Positions 25,515-40,740 are shown, counted from the first letter of the stretch. The stretch is 64,000 nucleotides of DNA from Nageia nagi (GCA_050084985.1 JBITNC010000001.1:190774001-190838000); one strand, 5' to 3'. Translations and numbers: made by a program. The notes: generated by a model not told the origin, from the sequence alone.

Positions 25515-28500
25515 GAGTTACTCAAGAAACAAGGAAAGACCTTCATGGTGAACTTTGTAGCATTGACTATCTAGACCGGGTCAGCCTTGGGACAACCTCT
25601 CCTTGTTGGGTGCCCTTAATCTTCATGCAACTTTAGATGTACCAATCAGGGTCTTGTGGAAGCACAATCTTGAGGTGGATGGCCATATTATAAAGGAAGA
25701 GCTTTAGTCAACAACATGCTTAATGAGCTGCTTAACTTGCTTTTGATGCACATGATAAATAAAGCACCATAGAAATCTTTTTCATGTTTTATAAGCTCAT
25801 AATAAACTACCTGTATACTGATTCAAGCAAAAGCATCCTCTTTTTTTACAAAATCATTTCTAAAGAAAAACAAAATTATTAAGTTGCTTAATCAAGAAGA
25901 AGGGCAGTTGATGAGGAGACGTTGTCTTAGGGTTGGCCCAATCAAAAGAAAAAAACACAAATAATAAAAGCTGCAACCACATACACTCACTCAATTTTAC
26001 TACTAATTTTCTATATTCGCCCAAACTTGTCTGATCCCAACCTAATTTGAATCCAATCAACCTTTTCTCATTTTATCTCTACCATACAATATCCTTTTAA
26101 GGCTTGAGAACCATCGTGATCCATAACCCTAAGCTTGTGCATTGTCATGCATCTTAAACAACAATACATGCTCTGAACCCAGAAAAAGTATCATATACCC
26201 AAAAAATTGATCCTAAACCCAAAAAGCAATCTTATAGCCACTTTGAAAAACAATGAACTACAACTATATTATTGCCATTTGCAATTTAGGAACATGTAGG
26301 GACAAACGCTACTAACACATCACAATTTAACGACAAAGGCAACTTATTTTTTTTTGAATGTGCAAACAGTTCACATAGGACAATACCTTATATCCTGGTT
26401 ATAAACCATGTGATGCAGTCATGAATATAAAACCATATCATAATCGATTATCTATCTCCACGATAGAAACCAGCTTATGATTGTTGATCATCTCTTTGCA
26501 AGAAACCAATGCATTATGATCTTTAGTCGGTTATGACTCTCCACTAATCAGTCATCGATCTCCCATAGTACAAGTCGTGAATCATTTCCACATTGAGTCA
26601 AGACGATTTTGCATCTATGGTATTAACTCCATTTTAAACCATAGTAACTTCTATTAGGTTTTTAGTTGCTTTCCCAATGCACTTGGGTTAGTCAACCATG
26701 CATTTATGACATCAACTCTGCGCTGATCCATAAACATATATTTCCATCCCAATCCTCTTGGATTTGCAATTAACAGATTAGCCCTAATTCCTCATTAAGA
26801 CTTAGTTTGTCTAGGTTCATTTATTTCTAAGTCCCTGGAAGTCTCTTTGTACTGGTTTATACATGTTTAACTTTCATCAAGTTTAGATTCCCTTAAATAG
26901 TCTTGTCTATGTTTTCCTATAGATCATTTTCATTTTACCATGTCAATTACATATTAAATTTAACAGTTGGGATGGACTGATTTAATTGATCCTTGTTCAA
27001 CTGTCTCAACGTTGAATCTTTTAGTTGTCTATTCAGTTTTATAATCACATTCAAATAGTTCTTTACCCAATATTCCCCAATTCGTTTTGCCTCTAGATTC
27101 AACCAACAATTTTCTTTATTGCTTATAGTCAATAATTAAACCATGCTTACATTGATACTACTAATCAATTACCAATTTCAAAATATAACCACATAAGTAA
27201 AACAATAATAAGCATAATTAAACCATAACAAACTTGTAATGTCTTGTAGTCTTAACCTTATATACAATTGTCCTCCATATGGACATATAAACCTTCGCAA
27301 ATTATAACTACATGATCAAATACAAGTTCAACTAACATCTTGATAAAATCGGCACAACCTCAACATAGCAACAAGTTCATATTTATTTATGCTTCTAAAT
27401 ACAAGTATGAACTTCAAAAGGAGACCAAGTATCAACAACTTCAACCTTGTGTTCGAGCCACATCTATTCTTAAAAGCAACAATATAAACAAGGTGAGATT
27501 AACACATCTCGGGAAGGAACTATCCTGATTTCTAGCTTAAGTAATCAAGGATTACTTAAGTTACCTATAATAACGAACTAAGAACATATGCAAGTATAAC
27601 AACTACTGTAGTACCTTATGGAAAAAATCTACTATTTACATATCAACATAACAACTACAACAATAGTTAATCACCTTTCACAACAGTTCTAACATAATTC
27701 ATTTCTTCTAAACAAATATACAGTTATACCATAACAAGAACTTCTATGTACATAATTGTTGATAGATAAGTATTCTCCATGAATCATACTAACTACAACA
27801 AAATATACAAATAGCCATATTGACAAAAAACTTGCATTATCCATAAGAAAGAATATCATTTCATCAAACAATCCACAACATAATCAATTTACTATTCTGT
27901 CAAACAGTTCACAAACTAATACTCCAATAAAACAAACAATAATTTCATCAAACGATTAACCTATAAACTTACAAACAACCATTTTGTCAAACAATCACAT
28001 GAACAACCATTTGATTAGTAAATAGTTAAAGCATACTACAAACGAATAGTCACTATAAAAACAGTCGTTTTGTCAAACAATTTACATCTAAACTATTTAT
28101 AAAAGATGAACAAACATATCATCAAACAATTTGTTTGCAACCATTATGTCAAACACTTCTTAAACAAACAATCTTTTTAACTAATAGTTACAACTAATCA
28201 TTTTGTCAACAGTACATAGATAATCTATTCAAAATACTTTACATGAAAGACATAATTACATAACGATACAACATTAATGCTCAACAATGAAGCAATATGC
28301 ATAATCCTTACAAAGCCCACGAATCCACCCATGGATTCTTCATATGCCAATGATATATGCAAATATGCAATTACTGTCAACAGTGTGGTAGTTTTCACCA
28401 CAAATTACCAGTAAATGGCCATGGAATGGATATAATTTCCGAATGCAAACCCCCAATGCAGTTTGATGAAACCCAAATACATTTAACCAATACCCAGTAT

Positions 28501-29280
28501 GAAGAATTTATACTGCAATGCATTTAAACCATTTTTCTATAGCAAACAATGGAGGATAACCACATTACCATGGGTTTATACAAGATGTGAGACAAATTTG
28601 GTAACCCATTATGCAATAAACAAAACCCTATGGTGTTAATCGAATGCCAACTCAAATAAATACATCTACAGAAAATGCAAGGTGTTTCTCCCTGAAACCC
28701 TAATATGAAAACCAACAATACAACCAAATTAGATGGCTAATAGGGAAAATTAAGCTACAAACCCTAAACTACATCCAAAATTACTCAAGACAGGATTAGG
28801 GCAGCCCTTACCAGGTAAGTGATAGCCCAATAATGGAATTCTTATGCTCCTAGTTCAGAGGTGAAATAAAAAACAGTTCTATTGTCTTCAGGATCGAAAT
28901 ACCACACTACGTCAACGAAAAGTCTCCTATTCTCCACCTTCCTTGCATGATGAAGGAGATCTTATCGATTCCCTTGGATGAGGAATTCAAACTGAATCCT
29001 AGAGTATTACTAAAACTCGAACTTGCCATTTTCTCCCCACTCATTCGAGAAAATCGAAGGCTTTCCCTATAATAGATGAGATCCATAATGAAATGACATG
29101 CAAAGTAAATACTCCGCATGGTAGAATTCATGAATCTCCACAATGAGCAACAATGCCACACAAATGAAAGGACAATCGAAACAATTCAATCACTCACATA
29201 TTTCCCCCAAACTAGATTTGACAATGGCTTGGCTTTTAAATATCCTCACCATAGATGTAGGCAACGTGGTAACCATTTGT

Positions 29281-32200
29281 TGTTGTGCTCAAACACAATA
29301 TGCCCCAAAATTGCCAATTTTGAGGACCCAACTTTTTGCCAAGCCATGATTAACAACAAGCTAGAGTCTCACCTCATCTTGCCATATTCATCCGAAACCC
29401 CACTAAGAACCAAGTGTTGCACATCTATCCTAGTCATAGTCATGATGAACCTATATTTGAAGATATCCAAAATTGACTAAGTTTGGAAGATAGGAGAGTC
29501 TAGGGAACCATGTAAGATAAGAGAGACCAAGTCCTAAAGCCTAAAAATTTGACTAAGTGTCTCAAAAGGGTGTCAGCGTCAAAGTTTTATCTTTCTTTCA
29601 GGTACACTCAGGAGACATAGCAAAATAAGGCTAAGCGCAAGACTTAAAAGGACAAATTTATGACTTTTTTGGGCATGTGCCTGGCTAGGAGGAGTCTTAG
29701 TCCAGATTGAAGATAGTTAGAATGCAAAGTTACAACCTTCGTGAAGGGCTAAAGGGCTGAGTGCATGATTTCAAAAGTCATAATTATGACTTTTTGAGGC
29801 TAGTGCCTAAGATAGGGAGACATGAAGATCAAGTGCATGACAATATGCGCTAGGTTTGGATGAGGTTCAAGGTGGTTTTGGGATTAAAATCTGGCTAAGG
29901 CAAGGACCTAGGAGCATCAAGAGGGGCTTAGAGACACATAAGAAGCCCAACCCATGGATAAAAAAACATGTTCATGGCTTTCCGGAGCATGCACTTGGCT
30001 TGAGGGTGAAGATGTGACCAAGGTGTGATCTCGAAAGCACCCAAACCAGCCCAAAAGGACACAATGAGGAGAGTACATGAAAAAAAAAAGTCATAATCAT
30101 GACTTTTGAAAGCATGCACTTGGCTTAGAAGAAATCTTGAACAAACATGAAGGTGAAACAATGACTCTCAGAAGCATGTGCTTGACTTGGATGGCATTCC
30201 AGGAAATTCAAGGTGAAAAATTGGCTAAGTCTTGACCCCCAAGCATGAAGACCAACTTTTCAAGGGATGCGCTTGGCAAAGGAGGCATGAGGGAGGTGAG
30301 CGCATGCCAAAAAAAGACATAATCATGACTTTCTAAGGCATGCACCTAAGATGAAGAGCCCTTCGGGTGACTTAGACATGAAAATTCGATTGAGACATGA
30401 GGAAAAGAGTATCAAAATCAGCCCGAAGCCACACCAGAAGGCAAGTGCATGACAAAAAAAAGGTCATAAATATAACTTTCTGGGGATGTGTTCAAAGTAG
30501 GAGAGCTCCAGGATTGATCTAGAGTGAAGAAAATGACTAAGAATGAACCTTGGAGCACCAAAGATTACTCAAAAGTGCATATGAGGCCAAGTGCATTAGT
30601 TAATAAGTCATGAATATGACTTCCTAAGGCATGCGCTCAAGGAGGGATGTAAGCCAGTTTGGTCGTATGAAAATAAAGATAAAATGATGACTTTTTGAGG
30701 CTTGCACCAGGCTTGGGGTGATCTTTGGGACTATTCAAAGCCATAATAGACTAAGTGTAGGTACAAGGAATGTTGAAACCAACTTGAAGACCAGCTAGGA
30801 AGATGGTGTAGGGGTGAAAAAAGACATAATCTTGACTTTAGAAAACATGCACCTAGTCCTGAGAGGCCTTCAAGTTAGGCACATGGATTCAAAAGACAAT
30901 CATGACTTTCTGGAGCATGCATCTAGCCAAGGAAGCCACCTAGAGGGGGTTAAAGCGAAAATTTGACTACATATAGGTCTTAGAAGCATCAAAAACAACC
31001 AAGAGCCACCTAGAGGGATGTGCACGTCACTTCAAAAGACAAGATTATGATTTTCTCATAGATACGCTCAAGCCAGGAAGACACCTAGTCTAGGCACATG
31101 AGGGAAAAAGACAAGATTGAGACTTTTAAGGCATGCACAATGCTTCAAGAAGTCCATTTTCGAAGACATAGTGTCCCAGACTGTCTCAGTGATGCATATA
31201 GGCTACCGGATTGTCCTTGCAAGTGCTAGAAAGTGAAGTGTTCGAGTAAAGTATTGTAGAGAGGAAGAAGGCAGACGAATTCATGAACACTAGTTGGATG
31301 GAGGTGTTGCATTTGAGATGCAACATTTTTAATTTCATTTTATTATGCATAATTTATCTATTTTGGACTTTAAATTTTATACATTTCAGTTAAGCCTTAT
31401 GATGGGTTAGGATTTGCTCCCTTAAGTGTTGGACTAAATCTTGTAATGACACTTGGCATTGTTTCATTGGACCACTAATAATTAGATTTTATTTCAAGTA
31501 ATTTCATTTGAATTTGCATTAGGGTTAGGGAAATACTTAGAGTTTCCACCAAAAACTAGTTATAGCCCTCAAGGACTCATTTGCAGGGAGGATGATCATT
31601 TTACTCTAGAGGAGCTATTTTGAATTTGCTAATATTCTTAACACTCCCTTGTATGTGAATGTAGAGCATAATTAATCAAACCAAGACTTGTTTCTACTCA
31701 ATGGGATTGTGAGTTTGAGCTCTTGTGCTTGGTGTTTACTTGTAGTTATTACGTGACTTGTGTACATTTCTCGTAAGTGTAGGCTTCTTACAAATATGGT
31801 TGAATATATTATGAAGTTGTGTAATTGCTATTTGATGAACATTACTCATTCTTTCGCATGTAGGTGCATGAATGTTGTGAAATTCTTGCTATGTCGTTTG
31901 GTTTGATGTGCTATTTAGTCGTTTGTATCAAGGTAGGATAAGTGAGTGTTGCACTTCATAATAATCCTAGTAGGAAGGTGATCTAACCCCTGGTTCATCG
32001 GTGGGCTTGTCATTGAATGTACTCCCCTCATGTGCCATCATCCCCATTTTACACTTTTCTTTGCTTTTCTTTTGTTATTTTTACTTTCTTTACCATCAAA
32101 AGTGGCACAAGACCTCTCATGATACTACCTCTATCCTCCCACTGAGCATTCCAAGTATAGCTACTATCATATTTGCACAAGACCTCTCATGATACTAGAT

Positions 32201-32322
32201 ACCTTAGGGTAACTAGTTTTTTTTAAGCGGGGTTAGTAACACAACCTCATTCACATGTTGGATGTCCTTTCCCAATTATCACCTAGATGGTCTTCGTAAG
32301 TGGAAAGAAAAACACCCCAACA
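29281..32322 (+). mobile_element. TGTTG...CAACA LTR-like element (copy C)
   Basis: TGTTGTGCTCAAACACAA...GAGGACCC start and GGAAAGAAAAACACCCCAACA end. Perfect 5-bp TSD TTTGT. Confidence 0.9.
29630..31140. repeat. Array of ~12 interspersed palindromes in copy C
   Basis: GCATG..AAAAG(T/A)CAT-AAT-(C/T)ATGACTTT..GCATGC units, e.g. ~29770, 30085, 30310, 30460, 30605, 30820, 30890, 31035, 31105. Confidence 0.85.
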
Positions 32323-35300
32323 TTTGTGAAGGGAGTAATCAAAATACAAACTAGGGTTAAGTCCCCAAATGATTAACAAGCACCATATCCTAACACACCC
32401 GCCTAACACCACTCTGCCTAACACTAACACCACATAGCATTAGGGATTAGGTCTAGGATTTACAAACATATGACTACGCTAGTTTAGGTTTTAGAAACCA
32501 CTATCATAACTTAGGCTTAATTTAGGTTTTAGATGCCAATAATATTAAATTATGTTAGTGTATTCGAGGAAACTAACATTAATATTAATATTCACATAAC
32601 TTATTTATTTAAATAAATGATATTTACCTTTAATAAATAGATAATCACTTACTAACAAAAGAACTGTTTGCATGTATGAAGCCAAGATTGATCTCAAAAG
32701 AAAAGAAGAAAAATAACATACTTACCCTTCTTGCTTACCAATCCTACAACCACCTTTATAATCATCAAAAGGCTCTGTCTTGGGATACAAATCCTGCAAA
32801 TTAGTCCTTGACAATCATCATTCGCATGACAATTAATGCTAAAACAAGATTTCATAAATCATTTACATTCACACAAACAATTCAGGGTTCAAAGTGTTTT
32901 AGATTGCAACGTTAGAGGGTGGTCCATTACAAAACACCCATCTTAGTTTCTTGCAGCTAACCCAAAAATATCAATAGAAAACAGTCTTGTATCTCTGAAT
33001 AGCTGGATGTTAGGCTCTAAGAAGCCAAATATTGAAATCCGATCCACAAATTCAGGTTCCAAGCCCTCAATGATATCCTTGAAGATGAGTGCTCCATCGT
33101 GGTATGCCTAATCCTTAGATCTGATACACAAAACTGTCTAGAAATCTTCACTCTTCCACAAATAAGCTCAAATGTAAACCATATATGGATCCACCAACGG
33201 AAACTTAAAGGTTTTCGTCCTCAAGTCTCAAAGTCAAGAGGGTTTTAGTCCTCTAGGGTTTCACTCCTGTAGGGTTTCGTCTACAGAAGGATGGCAACAA
33301 GCTTTTTCAGCCATTTGCTCTAGAAATATGATAAGTAATATGATTAAAAGATCCTCACATAGAATGCACCTCTCCTTAATAGATCCACCTAAACCCTAAA
33401 TTCCTCCTAGAGATCCAACGTTGCCCCTTGGAAGTGCTAATTTGGCCTAGGGATTTCGAAAATCAGGTTGGAATCATTTATTATTTGCATTGGTATGCTT
33501 TCCCATGGGTGCACCATTTTGGGAGTCCTATTTTGACCCTAGGATCCCAACACTCCTCTTGGGGAGTTACAATTTCATCTTGGGATCTCAAATACAATGC
33601 CAAAACAATTACAAAAGCCAAAAACATTAAATATTGCCTTATCTTCTAGTTACAACTATGAAAGTCATTAAATAATGATTTATCTTTATTACAAGACACT
33701 CTAACATACCTTTGTACAACAAAACACAACTAACTAAACATAACTTAATTACACTTAGAGGAGGGACGTCTTACTCCCATTTTGACCAAATCAACATAAA
33801 AATTCATTAAATGAATAAGATACTAAAATTGGGGACATTACAAGTCCGCCCCTCCCAAATTGCTTGCCCATAAGCGATTTAGAGCTAAATGTTGAAGGAT
33901 TTCAGGTCTTTCCCAAGTTGCATCTTTAGCTGGTAAACACTTCCATTTCACCAAATATTCACTGATCACCTTATTTCTCAACTTTTTCTCTTTAGTTCCC
34001 AAGAGTGTTTAGGAATCAATACCAACTTAACTTCATTATCAAGAGGGGGTAACTCTTGAGAAGACACAACATGCTGTCCTATAGCCTTTTTCAAACAAGA
34101 AACATGAAACACATTGTGAATTTTGTTGCTGGGTGGTAGCTCCAACTTATAAGCTACTTCGCCTATCCTTTTTAAAACCTTGTAGGGACCATAAAATCTT
34201 GGTTTCAGCTTCTCAACTCCACTTTTCTTCAATGTATATTGTTTATAGGGCTGTAAGCGCAGGTAAACCATGTTTTCTACTTCAAAACTGCGTTCAACTC
34301 TATGCTGGTTAGCATACTTCTTTTGCTGATTTTGAGTTTGCTAAATATTTTCCTTCAAAGCTCCCATGATGTCTTGATTCTCTTGCATAAAGTCTTTAGC
34401 TTTTGACACTTTGTTGTCCCCTAACAACAAACCAACAAAATTGGGAGCTTCATAACCATAAAATGCCATGAAAGGCAACATTTTTATGGACATGTGATAT
34501 GAAGAATTGTAACAATACTCTCCCAAATGCAACCATTTTCCCAAGCTTCTTGTTGTCCTGAAACATGGTTGTGCAAGTAACCTTACACCCACTTATTCCC
34601 AATTTTTGTTTGGCCATTAGTTTGTGGATAGTAGCTAGTGCTAGAAGTCAATTTTGTTCCACACAACTTGAAAAATTCTTGCCAAAACAGACTCATGAAT
34701 TTGCTGTCTCTATCACTAACAATGCTTTTAGGCATGCTATGAAGCCTAAACACCTCTCTAAAAAACAAATCAACAACTTGTACTGCTATATAAGTGGTTG
34801 AAACAACAAAGAAATATGCAAATTTGGTCAATCTATCAACTGCAACAAAAATGCAATCTTTATTTTGAACCTTTGGCAAACCAATAATGAAGTCCATGGA
34901 AATGCTCTCCCATTTCTAATTTGGTATTGGTAAAGGCTGCAACAGTCCAAAAGGTAGTAAATTTCTTGTTCTGTTCTGCTGGCAAGTTGAGCACTCTCTC
35001 ACTTGCCAAAAATTCTGCACCATCTAGATTTGGGCAGCAACCAATATCTAGATCATTTATGACATTTCAGAAAAGTGGACAAGGGAACAAGCTCCAATTT
35101 CAACCTTAAAGAAATCAACCACCTGCACCAGCCACAAAAATAATGGATAAGGCCACGTGCAATGTCTTAAGGTGGAAGGGTTTGTGTTTTTATTGCAAAA
35201 AGCCTTAGGAACTAGGTCATCGTTTCCTTGGAAAAAGGCAAATCCATTATGTGGAGGTAATTTCTGATGGGGAAGAGTTTGAAAATGAATCAAAATATGC

Positions 35301-37157
35301 AGATTTTGAAGAATTTGAAATGGAACAGCCATCCTAACAGCCATAGATGAAGCTAAAGGTAGTACATTGGCCACCATATCAGGTACGCCCACGTATCTCA
35401 CCTTGAAAGTCCAAAAGTTGCAGGACACCACATAATCATTTTGATTGATGGTGGGTCACTTACAATTTTATTGATGAGGGTTTTGTAGAAAAGAAGGGAC
35501 TTAAATCAGAAAATTTTGTTGGTTTTAAAGTGTTCAATGCAAATGGGCAGATTTCACTTTGTGATAAAGTGGTCAAGAAAATGAAAATCAGTTTGGGAGA
35601 CAATGCAGTGGATGATGATTTCTATGTCTACCCTATGGGAGGAATTCCCCATGTGGTCCTAGGAGTGCAATGGTTGTACTTGTTGGGTGACTATCTACAC
35701 TAACTACAAAACGTTGGAGTTCAAGTTCAGATCTAATAGGTAAGTTGTTCTCAGAGGGATAAAGGACAACTATCCCCAACAAGTGACAACTAACAAATTG
35801 GAGAGAATTCTCAAGAAGAAAGGCATACTTTGGGGAGCAACATTTTTCATGGTGAAAGGTATGCCTTATTCTTCTAGTAAAATGGTGTTACTTATCATGT
35901 TCATATTCAGTGCATTCTATATAGACATAGTATAGTTTTTGAAGATATGCCTAAGGGTTTACCACCTGATAGAGGATTTTAACATATAATATAACTAGAG
36001 CAGACTTCAAAACCTGTCACGATTAGCTTATTAGGCACCCATGCTTGTACAAGGATGAAATTGAGAAAACTTTTAAGGAGTTGTTGAGGGTATTAAGGAA
36101 GATGTTTTGAGGCATATGAGAGAGTGCTCAACTTGCCAACAAAACAAAACAAAAAATTTACTACCTGCTAGACTGTTGCAGCCTTTACCGATAACTGGAT
36201 CAGAAATTAGAGAACATTTCCATGGATTTCATTATTGATTTGCCAAAAGTTCAAGGTAAAGATTGTATTTTTGTGTAGTTGATAGAATGATCAAACATGC
36301 ACATTTCTTTGTTATTTCAGCTATTTATACAACAATACAAGTTGCTGATTTGTTTTTTAGAGAGATGTTTAGGCTTCATGGCATGCCTAAAAACATTATT
36401 AGTGATAGAGACAACAAATTCATGAGTATGTTTTGGCAAGAATTTTTCAAGTTGTGTGGAACAAATTTGACTCCTAGCGCTAGCTACTATCCACAAACTG
36501 ATGGGCTAACACAAATTGTGAATAAGTGGGTGGAAGGTTACTTGTGCAACTATGTCTCAGGACAACAACAAGCTTGGGTAAAATGGTTGCATTTGGGAGA
36601 GTATTGGTACAATTCTTCATATCACATGTCCATAAAAATGTTGCCTTATATGGCATTGTATGGTTATGATGCTCCCAAATTTGTTGATTTGCTGTTAGGG
36701 GACAACAAAGTGTCAAAAGCTAAGGACTTTATGCAAGAGAATCAAGACATCATGGGAGATTTGAAGGAAAATATTTAGCAGGCTCAACATTGGCAAAATA
36801 AGTATGCTGTCTAGCATAGAGTTGAACGCAGTTTTGAAGTAGGAGACATGGTTTACCTATGGTTGCAACCCTATAAACAATCTACATTGAATAAAGGTGG
36901 AGTTGAGAAGTTGAAACCAAAATTTTATGGTCCGTTAAAAGGTTTTTAAAACTAGAGATGAAGTAACTTATGAGTTGGAGCTACCACCCAACAATAGAAT
37001 TCACAATGTGTTTCATGTTTGAAAAAAGCTCTTGGACAACATTTTGTACCTTCTCAAGAGTTACCTCCTCTTGATGATGAAGGTAAGTTGGTATTGATTC
37101 TTGAAGCACTCTTGGTAACTAAAGAGAAACATTGGGAAATAAGGTGAGCAATGAATA

Positions 37158-39279
37158 TGTAGAATCCCAAATTATACTTAACATGGAAATTAGCCAAGCA
37201 AATATGGAATAAATATCAAACTATGCTCCTAGGCATGTTGCAAATTGATCTAGGGCATCAAACATATACCAAAGCATGCCATAAATGCAAACGACTCACT
37301 CCACAAGCACATTCACATTAAAATTGCCCAACGTCACATATAAGGTAGCATGAACATGTCAAACGCACATCAATATGAGACAAATGATGAAGATCCAATG
37401 TGCCATGATTGTATTAATGATAATTGCTGAGATTGATACAATACTAGGCCCAAGAGGACTCAATGTTGACCTCCAAGGAGCCAACTAGGGCACACTACTG
37501 TGCAGAGATGGATATTGCTGCTGAAACCATTGTAGAACAACCACACTCTACCAGATCTGTGGATGCCACATTGAAGGGTTACCTCATAGGCTAGCTCCCG
37601 GTGAAGAGATTGAATGTAGTTTTGGAATGCCACCTAATGGATTCAAAGGTGTAGACTGCTTGTGGACGCCTCAGGGTAAGGCAACCTTACAACACGAACA
37701 CTCACCTCAACTACTTGTCAGAAGTTGTTCCAAGCCTCTTAGACTCTCCTTGGTCTACATGCCCAAGGGTGCTTGACGTTGCCAAGTTTTGAATAGTAAA
37801 AGGGGGTTTCAATATCAAATTAAGTCTAAGTTGCAGGAAACTTGTAAAGCCTCATCTATAAAGGCTTATTTTGGATTTTGCATCACGTAATCATCTATGG
37901 GAGTTAATATAGACATCGTATTTCATTCCTTCTAAAATGTTATTTATGTGTATCATTCTTTTTTTTTTGCAAGTTAATGTGGTATTTAAAAAAAACTAGA
38001 TATATATATATATTTTTTTTTATTTTTTATTTTTATTTTTATATTACACATTTCCTCGACGTACCCATTTTAGAGGGGTCACGTTTCTAGGTGTTTCCAT
38101 TTCGGAAACTTGGAAACATTTTCGTGTTTCGTGCAACTTAGAATTAAGTCTATCTCTGTAATGAGGCTCCAACGCCTTATATAACATGTCACTGGATCTA
38201 AATCTCACCTAGGAATCATCCCCAACCTCCTCAATCTCAACGTTAGCCTTCTAGAAGCCCAAGATCTCGATTGTGGGTGCCTAGGGGTAATGCATGCCCA
38301 ACGTGGGTTCCTAGAGGCCATAAATGCCAACGTGGGATCCAAGGTGATGAATTCAAACTAATACAATAAAAATGAATTGTAGCTGGAACACAATTACAAT
38401 AGTAAAGAACTAAGTGGGAACAATTTAAATAATGTAGAAAACAATTACAATATGTATGAAGTTCAGTAATGAAGCTTCAGTGACACTTCAATGGTGAGAG
38501 TTGCAGAGAGATCAAAAACTACATTAACATACTACATACAATAACCAAGAGTAACTGAATTACTAACAATCTAACCTAGTAACAGATGCCAAGAAGTAAT
38601 ACACATGTCGTATGCTTCAGGGCGACCTGGAATACAAAGAAATAAATGCACAAGAACTCAAAGAAACGCCTCAGGATTGAGAGTTACAAGGCATTGCAAA
38701 TCTGGGTCTAACCGGTGGGGTGCAGACTGATTGGACAGGTCTAACCAGTTGGATGAGGATTAGTTGACATTTGGGGGTCGGTTGGCCGATTAGCTAGTCG
38801 ATTTGCAAGGTACAGTTGGTCAGTGAACTTTGTAGGCATGAGAATTACCTCGGGATATGTGCTAAGTTCTCTACACAAGGTGCGTGCCACACATGCCAAC
38901 GTGGGTCTAGGAGTCATGTGTGGGTGTTGGAGTGTCAACATGGGCCAACGTGGGGGTCTAGAAGCCTCCTCAAGGTTGTCGCAAGTGCTTAAGCCTATCG
39001 TTGGGTTCTAGGTGTGCATTATGCTATTTTGGATATTACATGAGGCTTGGGTTTCCCATAATTATTTTAGGATCTCCAAGTGCATTAATGACCAATAAAA
39101 TAACACATCCTAAGCTTGGGAAGAAAACTTCCCATATGGGGGTCATAAGGTGGGTCCAATAGACCATTATAGTTCTATCCCAAGTAACTAACAACAAATA
39201 GATAAATAAATAAAATATTTACAAAAGGGAATTTCTAAGATTCCAAATTTATTTATTTTTAATCAAAGGGGGTGTTACA
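37158..39279 (-). mobile_element. Solo LTR (TGTAACA family) inserted in the chromodomain
   Basis: TGTAG...GTGTTACA with perfect TSD GAATA (37153-37157, 39280-39284). The flanks rejoin to the EYL.KW chromodomain, as in the minus copy. Confidence 0.9.
37826..38141. mobile_element. hAT-type MITE
   Basis: 16-bp TIR CTAAGTTGCA(G/C)GAAAC with perfect 8-bp TSD AATTAAGT. Confidence 0.9.
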
Positions 39280-40740
39280 GAATATTTGGAGAAGTGGAAG
39301 GATTTGCCAGTTGAAGATGCAACTTTGGAAGGACCTTAAATCCTTCAACATCCAGCTCTGAATTGCCTGTGGGTAAGCAATTTGGGAGGGGCGGATTTGT
39401 AATGTTCCCAATTTTAATGTCCCATTCATTTAATGAATTTTTATGTTGATTTGGTCAAGAAAGGGAGTGGGACGTTCCTCCTCTTAGTGTAATTAAGTAT
39501 GTTTTGTTTAGTTAGTTGTGTTTTGTTGTACAAATGTTTGCTAGAGTGTCTTGTAATAAAGATAAGTCATTATTTAATGACTTTGGCAGTTTTAATTGAA
39601 AGATAAGGCATTATTTAATGTTTTTGGCTTTTGTAATTGTTTTGGCATTGCATTTGAGATCCAAAAATAAAATTGTAACTCCCCAAGAGGAGCGTTGGGA
39701 TCCTAGGGTCAAAATAGGACTCCCAAAGTGGTTCGCCCATGGTAAAGCATGCCAATACAAATACTAAATGATTCCAACCTGATTTTTGAAATCCCTAGGC
39801 CAAATTCGCACTTCAAAGGGGCAACATTGGATCTCTAGGAGTTTAGGGTTTAGGTGGATCTATTAAGGAGAGGTGCATTCTATGTGAGAGGATCTTTTGA
39901 TCATATTACTTATCATATTTTTGGAGCAAACAACTAAAAAAGCTTGTAGCCATCCTTTTGTGGAAGAAATCCTACAAGAGTGAAACCCCAGAGGATGAAA
40001 ATCCTCTTGGCTTTGAGACTTCAGGACGAAGACCTTCAAGTTTTCGTTGGTGGATCCATCCAGGGTTCACATTTGAGCTTCATTTGTGGAAGAGTGAAGA
40101 TTTCTGGACAATTTTGTGCAGTAGATATGAGGAATAGGCATTCCAAGGTGGAGCGCTCATCAAGGATATCATTGAGGGCCTGAATTTGTGGATCAAATTT
40201 CAATATTTGGCTTCATAGAGCCCAACATCCTGCCATTGGAAGATATAAGATTGTTTTTGAGCATCACACATCCATGCTTGGCCTCCATACCTAAGCGCTT
40301 AATCCCTAAGGTTTTCTTGTGTTGTCTTTTGGTGATTTTTTGCAATAATCAAGTGCACAATTATGATTTGCATTGATTTTTGGTTTGTTGTAACTTGTAC
40401 TTATTTCTTGAATCTAAAATAATAAAGTTGATTTTCTATTTGGATTTGCAATTTCATTTGTTGAAAAATTCTAGGGTTTGTAAAAAGGATTTGTCATTGG
40501 AATGCTAAAGATGACATAAATCAGCAAATTGTGAGTATTCTTGCTGAACTTTCAGACATCATATCAAAAGTTTTGATGGTCTTGGCAAATACATCAGATC
40601 TTCTTTTATGGGTAACAAATGGAAAGCTTGATGATGGAATTTTTCTGACGTTGATTTTGGATGCTGGGATCACAATTGGTTTTAGTTTGGCTCAGTTAGG
40701 TGATGTTGAGGTTGTATTGGCATTTCTTGTGGGAAAACAA

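Larger units (their letters stand above)
26295..32931 (-). mobile_element. Solo LTR nested in the 3' LTR above
   Basis: TGTAG...ATTACA termini with TSD GAACA/AAACA. Contains degenerate tcaaacaa-rich repeats (~27850-28260). Confidence 0.65.
26105..35002 (-). mobile_element. 3' part of a chromoviral Gypsy (integrase, chromodomain, PPT, 3' LTR), minus strand
   Basis: MDFIIGLPKVQNKDCIFVAVDRLTK, KLKPRFYGPYKV, IHNVFHVSCLKK, EYLVKW. PPT TTTGGGAGGGGCGGACT, then an LTR from 33842 (TGTAATGTCCCC) to ~26105, interrupted by 26295..32931. Confidence 0.85.
35030..40496 (+). mobile_element. Chromoviral Gypsy deletion derivative (gag end, PR, IN, chromodomain, PPT, LTR; RT/RH deleted)
   Basis: GLCFYCK zinc-knuckle remnant (~35178) and ILIDGGS protease (~35437). 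RT start DEIEKTFKELL jumps at ~36088 to integrase RECSTCQQNK. IN core 36263..36778. PPT then LTR TGTAATGTTCCC from 39398. LTR end approximate. Confidence 0.85.
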
